IMG/VR virus record: IMGVR_UViG_3300044631_002648
Location: 6,424-70,423 of that record
Length of the DNA: 64,000 bases
DNA from: a virus
Strand: one strand, 5' to 3'
Numbering within the stretch: the first letter of the stretch is position 1; each line of letters begins with the position of its first letter. Positions 1 to 7,680 of the stretch are shown here, piece after piece. The position numbers and the translations under genes are program-made. The notes under the pieces were generated by a model. It was not told the DNA's origin. It worked only from the letters and a program-made list of their open reading frames with translations, and ran no database searches.

Positions 1-186
1 CCCTTTAGCCTGCGCCCAGGTGGAATCGTTCGGTAGCGGCTCAGTGCCGTATTCAAATGTGTCGTAGTCTTCTTCATTACGCGGGTCATATACCACGCCA
101 TATCGCAACCACTTAGCTAGGCGTTCTTTTTCTTGCTCTGGTGAAAGCTTCATCATCCTCTCCATTGCATTTCCATTATCGCGCAT
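1..186 (-). CDS. hypothetical protein, runs off the left window edge
   Basis: Reverse-strand open frame MRDNGNAMERMMKLSPEQEKERLAKWLRYG... with no stop before position 1. Confidence 0.5.
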   Translation of the reverse strand, partial: MRDNGNAMERMMKLSPEQEKERLAKWLRYGVVYDPRNEEDYDTFEYGTEPLPNDSTWAQAKG

Positions 187-189
187 GAA

Positions 190-215
190 AAAGGCGGGCC
201 TCAAAGCCCGCCTTT
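190..215. terminator. GC hairpin with CTCAAA loop and A/T flanks (possible bidirectional terminator)
   Basis: AAAGGCGGGC-CTCAAA-GCCCGCCTTT. Confidence 0.55.
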
Positions 216-562
216 CTTAATGGTTGTGGCCTCCGATGAGCAATTTTAACCTTCAGGAGCAGTGCTCAACTAAAGGGACAGTACGCCTCTGAGGCTCATG
301 CTGTGCCTTGGAAAGGTCGTAACGACCGTTCCCGTACTGTCTCACCCGTCCACCCTTGCGGCTCGCCACGCTAATGACGAGGGAAGCCGTTAAGCCTCCA
401 GGACCGACCACTCAGAAATAGTAGCACTTGCCACCACCAAGGCATCCACGAAATCAGTAGCAATCCTTAAGAACCCTGCAGTGGCCAGTGGAAATGGGAC
501 ACAATGGTGGGACTGCAGTGCTGGCGACCGCCTGCAGCCTCTGGACTTATTCCCCCATTCTG

Positions 563-919
563 ATGCTTCGTTTTCTTTCTTCTCTCCTGCTGCTGGGCAC
601 CATTGCACCATCCGCCCAAGCAGCAGCGTTTCAATGCGGCCAAGCAAGCCACTACGGCATTGGCGATGGCTACCACGGGCAACGAACTGCTTCTGGCCAA
701 CGCTTTGATGCCTACGCTATGACTGCTGCCCACCCATCGCTGCCATTAGGCTCTCGCGTCATTGTTAAGAATCGTGACAATGGCAAAAGCGTGCTAGTGA
801 CCATCAATGATCGTGGCCCTTACGCTGGTGGCCGCGTGCTGGACTTGTCCTATGGCAGCTTCTCTCGCATTGCTTCGCCTTCTCGTGGCGTAGCAAACGT
901 CTGCATCTCCCGAGCCTGA
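563..919 (+). CDS. rlpA: RlpA-like double-psi beta-barrel lytic transglycosylase with signal peptide
   Basis: ASHYG...G.RTASG.RFD...TAAHPSLPLGSRV.V.N..NGKSV.V.INDRGPY..GRVLDLS motif; hydrophobic N-terminus from ATG 563. Confidence 0.9.
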   Translation: MLRFLSSLLLLGTIAPSAQAAAFQCGQASHYGIGDGYHGQRTASGQRFDAYAMTAAHPSLPLGSRVIVKNRDNGKSVLVTINDRGPYAGGRVLDLSYGSFSRIASPSRGVANVCISRA

Positions 920-942
920 TCAGCTCACCATCCTCTCGAATC

Positions 943-1122
943 ATGCTTAACCAACTTGCTTCCCTGAGCTTTCTGCTCACCGTTTTTGGCATAGGAGCCT
1001 TTGCCATTTACGCTGCGCCTGAAGTGCAGCCCAATCACGAGGGCTTGGCCAAGTGCCAAGAGCTCCACCCCATACGCTATTGCCGAATTGCGAATGGCTT
1101 CCCCGTAGAACCCCTCAAGTGA
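943..1122 (+). CDS. small membrane/secreted protein (59 aa)
   Basis: Own translation MLNQLASLSFLLTVFGIGAFAIYAAPEVQPNHEGLAKCQELHPIRYCRIANGFPVEPLK; N-terminal hydrophobic helix, two Cys. Confidence 0.6.
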   Translation: MLNQLASLSFLLTVFGIGAFAIYAAPEVQPNHEGLAKCQELHPIRYCRIANGFPVEPLK

Positions 1123-1155
1123 TAGGCTCTTTTTCCGCAGGTTTCCTAAAGGCCC

Positions 1156-1206
1156 TTGACAGGGCCTTTTTTCATGCTCTATCATTCCTGCACGTCCGAG
1201 AGGACG
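1156..1206 (+). promoter_or_regulatory. sigma70-type promoter followed by GAGA-loop leader hairpin
   Basis: TTGACA (1156) - 18 bp - TATCAT (1180); CGTCC-GAGA-GGACG at 1193-1206. Confidence 0.7.
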
Positions 1207-1224
1207 CCCTTCCTTTTGAAAACC

Positions 1225-1620
1225 ATGACGGTCGCTTCTCATTTCCGCGTTAGCAAGAAAGCTCAAAGTGCTTTGGGCATCACTGTGCTTAACGTGCTCC
1301 AGCATTGCGTGGTCATCCGCACTGAGCGTGGCCCTCGCTTTATGAGCCGCAAAGTATTTGATTCTTGGGAAGCCAAGCAGCGTGCCCACAAGGCACGCGC
1401 ATGCCATGCCCGATATATCGCTAACAATGTGTGGATGGTTCTCGATCCCACCACGCCTACGGATGCTCACACCGTCATCCGTACTGGCGCTTATGTCAAA
1501 GGAATTGAAGGAAAATGGAGCTGCACCTGCACTGATGCCCATTTCATGCTTGAGCGTGGCCAAGAGCCTTGCTGCAAGCACATCCTTGCAGCCCACATGC
1601 AACTCAACATCGGCTCGTGA
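1225..1620 (+). CDS. SWIM-type zinc finger protein
   Basis: WSCTCTD...CCKHILA (CxC-xn-CKH) motif. Confidence 0.75.
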   Translation: MTVASHFRVSKKAQSALGITVLNVLQHCVVIRTERGPRFMSRKVFDSWEAKQRAHKARACHARYIANNVWMVLDPTTPTDAHTVIRTGAYVKGIEGKWSCTCTDAHFMLERGQEPCCKHILAAHMQLNIGS

Positions 1621-1799
1621 ACGACCCTTATTCCCCCGCATTGGACTCCCTGGAAAATAAGCTCGGCGATGCACTGGGCCTAGCCATTGGCCTCATCCGT
1701 CATCCAGAAAAGCTAGACAATCGCACCATGGCGACTATTGAAGGTGCTTTTGCTCAATGGTGTGACAAGCAAATCGATGAAATGGGAAATGAAGACTAA
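1617..1799 (+). CDS. hypothetical protein
   Basis: GTG start overlapping the previous stop (GTGA). Confidence 0.5.
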   Translation: MNDPYSPALDSLENKLGDALGLAIGLIRHPEKLDNRTMATIEGAFAQWCDKQIDEMGNED

Positions 1800-1919
1800 G
1801 GCCGCCATTCAGGAGCGGCCCCGCCAGGGTTGAGCCAGGCTTCACGAGGCTTGGCTTTAATGACGCCCCTTCGCCAGTAACGCCCATGAAGAAATCATTG
1901 GACATTGCCACCATAGACA

Positions 1920-2132
1920 ATGGCTAAATTCCCCGTGGGCACCATCGTCGATCTATATGACTTTGGTTTTCGGCAATGGAGGGGCGAATATATCGTCATT
2001 AAAACGCCTGATTCAGACCGCGCCCTTTACAAAATTCGTAACACCAAAACCAATAGCCAGCAATGGGTCAAGGAAAAATCCTTGCGCATTGGCCGCTTGG
2101 GTCCATTCTCCATCGAAAGCTTGCGCCCTTGA
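1920..2132 (+). CDS. hypothetical protein (SH3/KOW-like beta barrel)
   Basis: KFPVGTIV...YIVIK...YKIRN...QWVKEKSL pattern. Confidence 0.6.
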   Translation: MAKFPVGTIVDLYDFGFRQWRGEYIVIKTPDSDRALYKIRNTKTNSQQWVKEKSLRIGRLGPFSIESLRP

Positions 2133-2172
2133 CCACTTTGCTGTAAGATTTTGCACATGGCTGGAGACAGCC
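2121..2172 (+). promoter_or_regulatory. sigma70-type promoter followed by GAGA-loop leader hairpin
   Basis: TTGCGC (2121) - 17 bp - TAAGAT (2144); GGCTG-GAGA-CAGCC at 2159-2172. Confidence 0.6.
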
Positions 2173-2189
2173 CCCTTACCGAGGAAACC

Positions 2190-2429
2190 ATGCATCGCCC
2201 TTACGACGGCCACAAGGAATCGTCCTATCTGGCCAAGCTTGAAGCAGATCGCCAGGCCCAGCTTTCTGGCTATGGGGTTCGTCAATATCTCTGTGCAGAT
2301 GGCTCTCGCAAATGGGAAGCCTATGGTTGGGAGCGCATCACTGAGCTCCAAGTTCATTACACCAGCTATGGCATATATGACCATATGTGGCAAGCTGAGC
2401 AATTCTTCTACAACATTATCCACGCTTGA
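2190..2429 (+). CDS. hypothetical protein
   Basis: GAGG RBS before ATG 2190; ORF track. Confidence 0.6.
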   Translation: MHRPYDGHKESSYLAKLEADRQAQLSGYGVRQYLCADGSRKWEAYGWERITELQVHYTSYGIYDHMWQAEQFFYNIIHA

Positions 2430-2431
2430 CC

Positions 2432-2710
2432 ATGAGCCTCCGCACTGTTCACGGCTTCACTGTTCCTTCTGTCCACCTCAATGGCACTGGCGCTACCACG
2501 CTTCGCGAGGAATACGCTCATGCTTACGACGCATTGAATAAAGCTATTGAAGCTTTTGTTAATACCACTTGCAATGCTCGTGATTTCTACGTGCAAGACC
2601 AGCATGCCTTTGATAAGGCCCGCCACGAGCGGGCCGAAGCTCTTGATCAATTGAGAAAGAGCCAGCATTACATTGGCTCAATGCTCATGGGCATTTGTGA
2701 TCAAATATGA
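2432..2710 (+). CDS. hypothetical phage protein
   Basis: ORF with P.VHLNGTG...L...Y...NARDFYVQ pattern; tightly packed with neighbours. Confidence 0.65.
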   Translation: MSLRTVHGFTVPSVHLNGTGATTLREEYAHAYDALNKAIEAFVNTTCNARDFYVQDQHAFDKARHERAEALDQLRKSQHYIGSMLMGICDQI

Positions 2711-2803
2711 AGAAGCCTATATATCACACAGAGGGTATATATAGGAATATATATGCCCAAATAGTGCATATATAGCATTTGCAAACTTTCACTTCTTAAA
2801 AAA

Positions 2804-3109
2804 ATGCGCTTCATTTGCAATTACAACGACAACGGCCCTTATTTCGGCGTCACTCAAGGACAATATCAAGCAGTTTCCTTGAAGGAGCTTCTGATGCACG
2901 TTCGTACATGCATGGAAGATAGTGACCAGGCCATTGCAGTGTTTGATGATGATTCTGAATGCCTTGGCATGTGGCTTGATGAATCAGAGCCAGTAGACGA
3001 TGGGGAGGGCGGAATGATGCTTGGCAGGCCAGTTTATTGCTTCTATAGGCCTGGCTCAATGAGCGAAGGGATGTGGAAGCGCCATTTGAAGCATTTCAAG
3101 AGGCCGTGA
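2804..3109 (+). CDS. hypothetical protein
   Basis: ORF track, acidic. Confidence 0.6.
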   Translation: MRFICNYNDNGPYFGVTQGQYQAVSLKELLMHVRTCMEDSDQAIAVFDDDSECLGMWLDESEPVDDGEGGMMLGRPVYCFYRPGSMSEGMWKRHLKHFKRP

Positions 3110-3111
3110 CA

Positions 3112-3270
3112 ATGATTCTCATTGATTTCTTTTCTGAAGCTGCTTGCAAAGGCACTGAACTTATTGAAGGATGGTATTACTATGCGGATGATGATGATTC
3201 TTTCATCGGCGGACCATTTCTAGATGAAGAAGCTGCCATAAAGGCAGCTTTTGATGGTCATGGATGGTAA
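3112..3270 (+). CDS. small acidic hypothetical protein
   Basis: MILIDFF...GWYYYADDDD..GGPFLDEEAAIKAA. Confidence 0.55.
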   Translation: MILIDFFSEAACKGTELIEGWYYYADDDDSFIGGPFLDEEAAIKAAFDGHGW

Positions 3271-3330
3271 TTAATATTGCAGCTTTTTATTAAATAGATA
3301 ATTAATTTTTATTATTTTTTTAAATAATTG

Positions 3331-3398
3331 GGACTTGGCAAAAAGCGGTAAAGGACTCGCTGAAACGCGGTATAGGGACTTGCTAAAACGCGGTATAG
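3331..3398 (+). repeat. three tandem imperfect 22-23 bp direct repeats after an AT-rich tract (about 3268-3330)
   Basis: GGACTTGGCAAAAAGCGGTAAA / GGACTCGCTGAAACGCGGTATAG / GGACTTGCTAAAACGCGGTATAG at 3331, 3353, 3376. Confidence 0.85.
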
Positions 3399-3435
3399 TA
3401 GAAGCGCTTTAGAGGGCGCCCGCGATCCGCGCCGC

Positions 3436-3520
3436 TAGTACGCCTGTACTACCGCTAGTACGTTTCTACTACCCTGATGATGAGAATCATTCTCAATAGG
3501 CGAGCCAGTACGTTTGTACT
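3436..3520. promoter_or_regulatory. three cyanobacterial-type LexA boxes (RGTAC-N4-GTWCB)
   Basis: AGTACGCCTGTACT 3437, AGTACGTTTCTACT 3457 (1 mismatch), AGTACGTTTGTACT 3507. Confidence 0.7.
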
Positions 3521-3585
3521 ACTATGTCTTTATGCGCATACACGCATACCCGCATAGGCCTAGTTGCAAGTGAGAATCAGTCGCA
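3476..3585. promoter_or_regulatory. two Fur-type boxes
   Basis: GATGATGAGAATCATTCTC (3476-3494; 16/19 to GATAATGATAATCATTATC, includes most of the perfect 7-1-7 TGAGAAT-C-ATTCTCA at 3481-3495) and TGAGAATCAGTCGCA (3571-3585). Confidence 0.65.
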
Positions 3586-3735
3586 ATAGGAGAGCCTGAG
3601 AAGCTATGCGCCTATGCGCATAGCGGCATTGTTAAGAGAGATGTGACAATCCGCGAGGCGATGCCTCCCGCTCGCTCTCCTTGTCTGTATTGTCTCTGGC
3701 AAGGCCGCGAGGCCTCCTCTCTGCTCTCTGTTCTC

Positions 3736-4101
3736 ATGCTCGCTCCTTCTCTCAGGGCTCCCTCCTTCCCTCCCCTCTCTGACGCGCTCGAGGCGCTCGC
3801 CTCTCTGCCATGGGAGCGGATCGCCTCTGCTGCTCTCGAGGCGCTCCTGTTCTCTGTGGCTCTCTGCCACGCTCTCGCCGCTCGCCTCTGGCGCGAGCGA
3901 GGCCGTCTCTCTCCCTTCCTTCGCGCTCTGGCCTCCTGGCTCGAGCGCCTCGCCTCAGCTCTGCCCGAGCCTCTCTCCTCTGCCTCCCCTCGCGCTCTGC
4001 TGATCGAGGCTCTGATCGAGGCAGGCGAGAGCTCCTCCTCTGTGGCGAAGGCCTCCCGCTCTGCTCTCCTTCGCCGCGCCTCTCGCCTCGGCCTCCTCTG
4101 A
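3736..4101 (+). CDS. island hypothetical protein (Leu/Ala/Ser-rich, 121 aa)
   Basis: ATG in the shared CTCTGTTCTCATGCTC context; preceded by TATTGT -10 (3688) and GCGA hairpin (3702-3715). Confidence 0.65.
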   Translation: MLAPSLRAPSFPPLSDALEALASLPWERIASAALEALLFSVALCHALAARLWRERGRLSPFLRALASWLERLASALPEPLSSASPRALLIEALIEAGESSSSVAKASRSALLRRASRLGLL

Positions 4102-4159
4102 GGCTATGCTCTGCAGGAGGCCGCGAGGCCTCCCCTCTCTGTTCTCTGCTCTGGTTCTC

Positions 4160-4393
4160 ATGCTCCGCTCTGCTCTCGCCGCTCTGGCTCTGTTCGCTCC
4201 TGCCTCGGCGCTCGCTTCTCCTCTGATCGTTGCTCCTCACGAGCCGATGGTTCGCCTTGAGGCTCTCCCTCACCTCGGCGCCTCTCGCTTTTCTACTGTT
4301 CAGCATTGTCTCTCTGTGGCAGAGGCCGAGCTCTCTCTGATCACCGATAGCGAGCTCGAGACGGTCGAGGCCTGCCTCCTCGAGCACACGTGA
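4160..4393 (+). CDS. island small secreted protein (signal peptide, two Cys)
   Basis: MLRSALAALALFAPASALA signal-like N-terminus; TATGCT -10 (4105) and GCGA hairpin (4116-4133) upstream. Confidence 0.65.
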   Translation: MLRSALAALALFAPASALASPLIVAPHEPMVRLEALPHLGASRFSTVQHCLSVAEAELSLITDSELETVEACLLEHT

Positions 4394-4448
4394 GGCGCTC
4401 GCCTCCTGGCTCCTTCCGCTCCTGCCTCCCTCTCTCGCTCTCCTTCCT

Positions 4449-4643
4449 ATGTCGACTCACGAGCTCCTCGCCTCTGATCTCTCATGGCCTCGGTTCTCCT
4501 TCTCCTCTCGCCGTGAGGCCGCTCTGTTCGCTCGCGAGCTCGAGGAGGAGCTCGCCTCCCCTTCGCTCTCTCCTGCCGCTCGAGCCGAGGCCGAGGAGGC
4601 GCTCGAGGAGCTCCTCTCCCTCCTGCTCTCTCCCGTCTCCTGA
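4449..4643 (+). CDS. island small acidic helical protein
   Basis: ORF track; Glu/Leu-rich, no Lys. Confidence 0.6.
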   Translation: MSTHELLASDLSWPRFSFSSRREAALFARELEEELASPSLSPAARAEAEEALEELLSLLLSPVS

Positions 4644-4652
4644 GGCTCTGCC

Positions 4653-4937
4653 ATGCTCTCCCCCTCTGAGCTCGCCTCGCTCTGCTCTGCCGTAGAGAGC
4701 GAAGGCCGCGAGCTCTCCCCCTCTGAGCTCGAGGCTATTCTCGCGCTCCCTCCTCGCTCTGGGCTCTCCCCTCTCGAGAGGCGCCTCGCCGCGATCGAGC
4801 GCCTCCTCCCTCGCCTCTCTGGCGAGGCCGAGGAGCGCCTCCTGAGAGAGAGGCGCTCCCTCCTTCGCCTTCGCCATGGCATCCCCCTGGCGATCGAGCT
4901 CCCGCTCTCCTTCTCTGCTGCTGATCTCTCCTCCTGA
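4653..4937 (+). CDS. island hypothetical protein
   Basis: ORF track; internal LSPSEL repeat; lacks K, N, Q, T, Y, W. Confidence 0.6.
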   Translation: MLSPSELASLCSAVESEGRELSPSELEAILALPPRSGLSPLERRLAAIERLLPRLSGEAEERLLRERRSLLRLRHGIPLAIELPLSFSAADLSS

Positions 4938-4948
4938 GGCTCTCTCTC

Positions 4949-5116
4949 ATGCTCCCCTCCTACCTACGGGCTCGGCTCCTCGATCGCGCCGAGGAGCTCG
5001 GCCTCGCCTCCTCTGGCCTCCCCTTCCTCCTCGAGGAGCTCGCTAGGTGGCTCCCATCCCCCACGATCGAGGCCTTCCTCTCTGATCTCGAGGAGCTCTC
5101 CTCTGCTGATCTCTGA
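4949..5116 (+). CDS. island small acidic protein (55 aa)
   Basis: Own translation MLPSYLRARLLDRAEELGLASSGLPFLLEELARWLPSPTIEAFLSDLEELSSADL. Confidence 0.6.
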   Translation: MLPSYLRARLLDRAEELGLASSGLPFLLEELARWLPSPTIEAFLSDLEELSSADL

Positions 5117-5235
5117 TCGCGGATTGTTACGGATTGTTTCAACCCAGGAGGCAGGCTCGAGCCTGCCTCCTTTTCATGCTGTAGGATCTCGTGCATGAGG
5201 CGAGAGATCGCCTCGCTCCTTCGCTCTCTGTTCTC

Positions 5236-5475
5236 ATGCTCCGCTCTGTTCGCGCTCTCGCTCCTACGCTCGCTCTGTTCGCGGGCTCTGTAGCTTTCGG
5301 CCTCTGTGCCGCCACATACGGCAATCGCATCTCTCTGGCTCCTTCCGCTCAGGCCGCCGCTCCCTTCGCCGCTCCTTTCTCTCTGTTCGCCTCTGCCACT
5401 GCGGCCTCCTTCGCTCTCGCCGCTGCGGCCTCCTGCGACGCTGCTGAGAAGCTCTCGCGCTCCGCTCGCTCCTGA
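5236..5475 (+). CDS. island membrane protein (two hydrophobic segments)
   Basis: ATG in CTCTGTTCTCATGCTC context; TAGGAT -10 (5182) and GAGA hairpin (5197-5214) upstream. Confidence 0.6.
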   Translation: MLRSVRALAPTLALFAGSVAFGLCAATYGNRISLAPSAQAAAPFAAPFSLFASATAASFALAAAASCDAAEKLSRSARS

Positions 5476-5534
5476 GCTCCTGGCCTCCCCCTCCCATGGG
5501 GGGAGGCCTTCTCTCTGTTCGCCTCGCTCCTGCC

Positions 5535-5702
5535 ATGCTCTCTCGCTCTGATCTGATCGCTCTCCTCGAGCTCCTCGAAACCTCCGCTGCTCTCGAGGCA
5601 GAGCTCAACCATTTCTTTCCCTCCCTTTTCGAGGAGGCCTCTTTCCTTCTCAGTCTTGCTGAGCGCGTCTCGCTTGAGCTGAACACTAGGTTCCCTCTCT
5701 GA
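5535..5702 (+). CDS. island small acidic protein
   Basis: MLSRSDLIALLELLETSAALEAELNHFFPSLFEE... Confidence 0.55.
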   Translation: MLSRSDLIALLELLETSAALEAELNHFFPSLFEEASFLLSLAERVSLELNTRFPL

Positions 5703-5711
5703 GCTCCTCTC

Positions 5712-5930
5712 ATGCTCTCCTCCCCTTCCATCGATCGCGCCTCTGACGCCGCGCCTCTGCTCTCCCTCCTCGCGCTCTCGCGAGGCCTTCGCCTCGCCTT
5801 CGATCGTGGCTCCTACCTGCTGATCGAGACGGCCTCCCCCTCGATCGCTCACGAGAGCCAGAGCCTGCCAGAGCTCGAGGCCTTTCTCCTCTGGCTCCCT
5901 CTCGCCTCTGCCTCTCTGCTGCTCTCCTGA
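5712..5930 (+). CDS. island hypothetical protein
   Basis: ORF track, CTCATGCTC start context. Confidence 0.55.
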   Translation: MLSSPSIDRASDAAPLLSLLALSRGLRLAFDRGSYLLIETASPSIAHESQSLPELEAFLLWLPLASASLLLS

Positions 5931-5991
5931 GCTCTCCCTCTCATGGCCTCCGCGAGGAGGCCTCCCCTTCCCCTCCTTCTCTGCTGATCTC

Positions 5992-7107
5992 ATGGCTCCC
6001 GCTCTCCTGGCTCCTCCCGCTCCCGTCTCCCTCTCTCGCGCTCCTCGAGCGCCTCAGGAGCTCCGCTCCTTCCTTTCTAGGTTCGGCCTCTCCCTAGAGA
6101 GCCTCCTCACCTCAGGCTCTGCTAATGCGAAGCTCGCGAAGGGGAGCGGCCTCGCCTTCTCCTCGATCCTGCATCTCCTCCCCTCTCGCGGCCTCGCTCG
6201 AGCCGTCTCCCCTGGCTCCCATGCCTCTCCCGTGAGAGGAGAGCTCCCTGGCCTCCGTGCTCTCGCTGATCGCGAAGGCCTCACCGCTCGCGCTCTCCTG
6301 TTCGATGCCTGCCCCTTCGCCTCCGAGGCCTGCCGCGAGCTCTGCCTCGCCTTCTCTGGTCATGGCGGCATGAGCCAGAGCGTAGGAGCCTGCAGGGCTC
6401 GGCGCTCGCTCGCGCTCCTCGCTGATCGTGAGGCCTTCGCTCGCTCTCTCCTATGGGCAATCGGCCTCTCCTACCGCAAGGCTCGGCGCCTCGGCCTCCC
6501 CTTCGCGCTCCGTCTCAATGGAACCCAGGAGCTCCCTTGGACTGAGGCCTGGCTCTCTGTTCGCCTCTCTCGTGAGGAGGCCGAGGCTCTCTCTGCTCTG
6601 TTCGATGCTCCCATCCCTCAGGGCATCCGCACCATCCCCGAGGCGCTCGCCTCTGTGCCCTTCCTTGAGCTGTACGACTACGCGAAGGCTCCTGTGTACG
6701 GACGCTCTGGCCTCCTCGCCATGAGGCAGGCAGGCATTCACACCACGGCCTCCCTCGCTGCTGATCGTGAGGGAGGAGCCGCTCGCGCTCTGGATGCAAT
6801 TGAGGCGGGCTTCTCTCTGGCAGTGCCGATCCTGGCCAGCAAGGGAGAGGAGCTCCCGCGCTCCCTCCTCCTCAGAGATGACAATGGGAGAGAAGCTCTC
6901 CTGCAGTGCATCGATGGGGACGCGAATGATCTCAGGATGCTCGATCCTTCGCCCGCTCCTGGCTTCTCTGGCCTCGCCGTTCTCCTCCGTCTCAAGCGAT
7001 CGAGAGGAGCCGATCCCTCCGCGGCCTCTCGCTTCGCTCTAGCTCCTGGCTCTGGCGCCTTCGCTCCCATGGCAGGAGGCGGCTCTTTCGCTTTCTCTCG
7101 CATTTGA
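5992..7107 (+). CDS. GP88-like protein (Cys-cluster, radical-SAM-like phage family)
   Basis: NAKLAKG, CPFAS.AC...CL..SGHG, RLNGT, YDYAK, IDGD..DLR.LDP motifs recalled from the GP88/DUF7227-type family. Confidence 0.75.
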   Translation: MAPALLAPPAPVSLSRAPRAPQELRSFLSRFGLSLESLLTSGSANAKLAKGSGLAFSSILHLLPSRGLARAVSPGSHASPVRGELPGLRALADREGLTARALLFDACPFASEACRELCLAFSGHGGMSQSVGACRARRSLALLADREAFARSLLWAIGLSYRKARRLGLPFALRLNGTQELPWTEAWLSVRLSREEAEALSALFDAPIPQGIRTIPEALASVPFLELYDYAKAPVYGRSGLLAMRQAGIHTTASLAADREGGAARALDAIEAGFSLAVPILASKGEELPRSLLLRDDNGREALLQCIDGDANDLRMLDPSPAPGFSGLAVLLRLKRSRGADPSAASRFALAPGSGAFAPMAGGGSFAFSRI

Positions 7108-7137
7108 GAAGCTCTCCTCACCCTGAGGCTCCCTCCC

Positions 7138-7371
7138 ATGGCTCTCCCCTTCTCTCTCTCTACCGTCACAGAGTACGGTCACACTGAGGAGCTAGCCTCC
7201 TTCGCCTCCCTCGAGGAGGCAGAGGAGGCGCTCTCCTCCCTCTACGATGCTCTCGAGGAGGCCTCCTCCTCTCGAGCCTTCTCTCTGCAATCCGCGATCA
7301 GCGAGCTCGAGGAGCAACTCTCAGAGGCTCGCCTCTGCGCAGAGGCAGAGGCAGAGGAGGAGGCCTCCTAG
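7138..7371 (+). CDS. highly acidic small protein (candidate DNA mimic)
   Basis: About a quarter Glu, two Arg, no Lys. Confidence 0.6.
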   Translation: MALPFSLSTVTEYGHTEELASFASLEEAEEALSSLYDALEEASSSRAFSLQSAISELEEQLSEARLCAEAEAEEEAS

Positions 7372-7372
7372 G

Positions 7373-7612
7373 ATGCCCCTCCTCCTCCCCCTCCCCTCCA
7401 TAGGCTCCCGCTCCCTCCTCCTAGTCTCTCGCTCCTCCCCTCGCCTCCCCCTCCTCGCCTCCTTCGCCTCCTGGCGATCGAGAGAGGCAGGATGGCTCGG
7501 CCTCCTCTCTCTTCGCCTCCCTGGCCTCTGGCTCCTTCGCCTTCGCTCCCTCCCATCCCGTGAGAAGCTCGATAGGCTCGGCCATGGCGTAGGGTCTAAC
7601 TTCCTTCCATAG
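7373..7612 (+). CDS. island hypothetical protein (Leu/Arg-rich)
   Basis: ATG 1 nt after the previous stop; followed by a terminator-like hairpin. Confidence 0.4.
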   Translation: MPLLLPLPSIGSRSLLLVSRSSPRLPLLASFASWRSREAGWLGLLSLRLPGLWLLRLRSLPSREKLDRLGHGVGSNFLP

Positions 7613-7641
7613 CCTCTCTCAAGGCCTCAGAAGCTCCTCTC

Positions 7642-7680
7642 AGAGCCCGCTCTCCTTCCATAGGATGGCGGGCTTCTCTG
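7642..7680 (+). terminator. putative intrinsic terminator
   Basis: AGCCCGC...GCGGGCT stem followed by pyrimidines. Confidence 0.45.

Noticed and set aside
3331-3600. Repeats as a CRISPR or mini-CRISPR array
   Set aside because: The repeats are abutting or irregularly spaced with no unique 30-40 bp spacers, and there are no cas genes.
5123-5142. RpaB/HLR1-like direct repeat GATTGTTACG-GATTGTTTCA upstream of the 5182 promoter (weak analogue near 3627)
   Set aside because: It breaks the island bias, so it may be functional, but the match to HLR1 is too degenerate to call.
3604-7556. Arg/Glu/Gly-rich minus-strand and alternate-frame ORFs in the island
   Set aside because: These are shadows caused by scarce TA/AA words (few stops) and have no start context or plausible composition.
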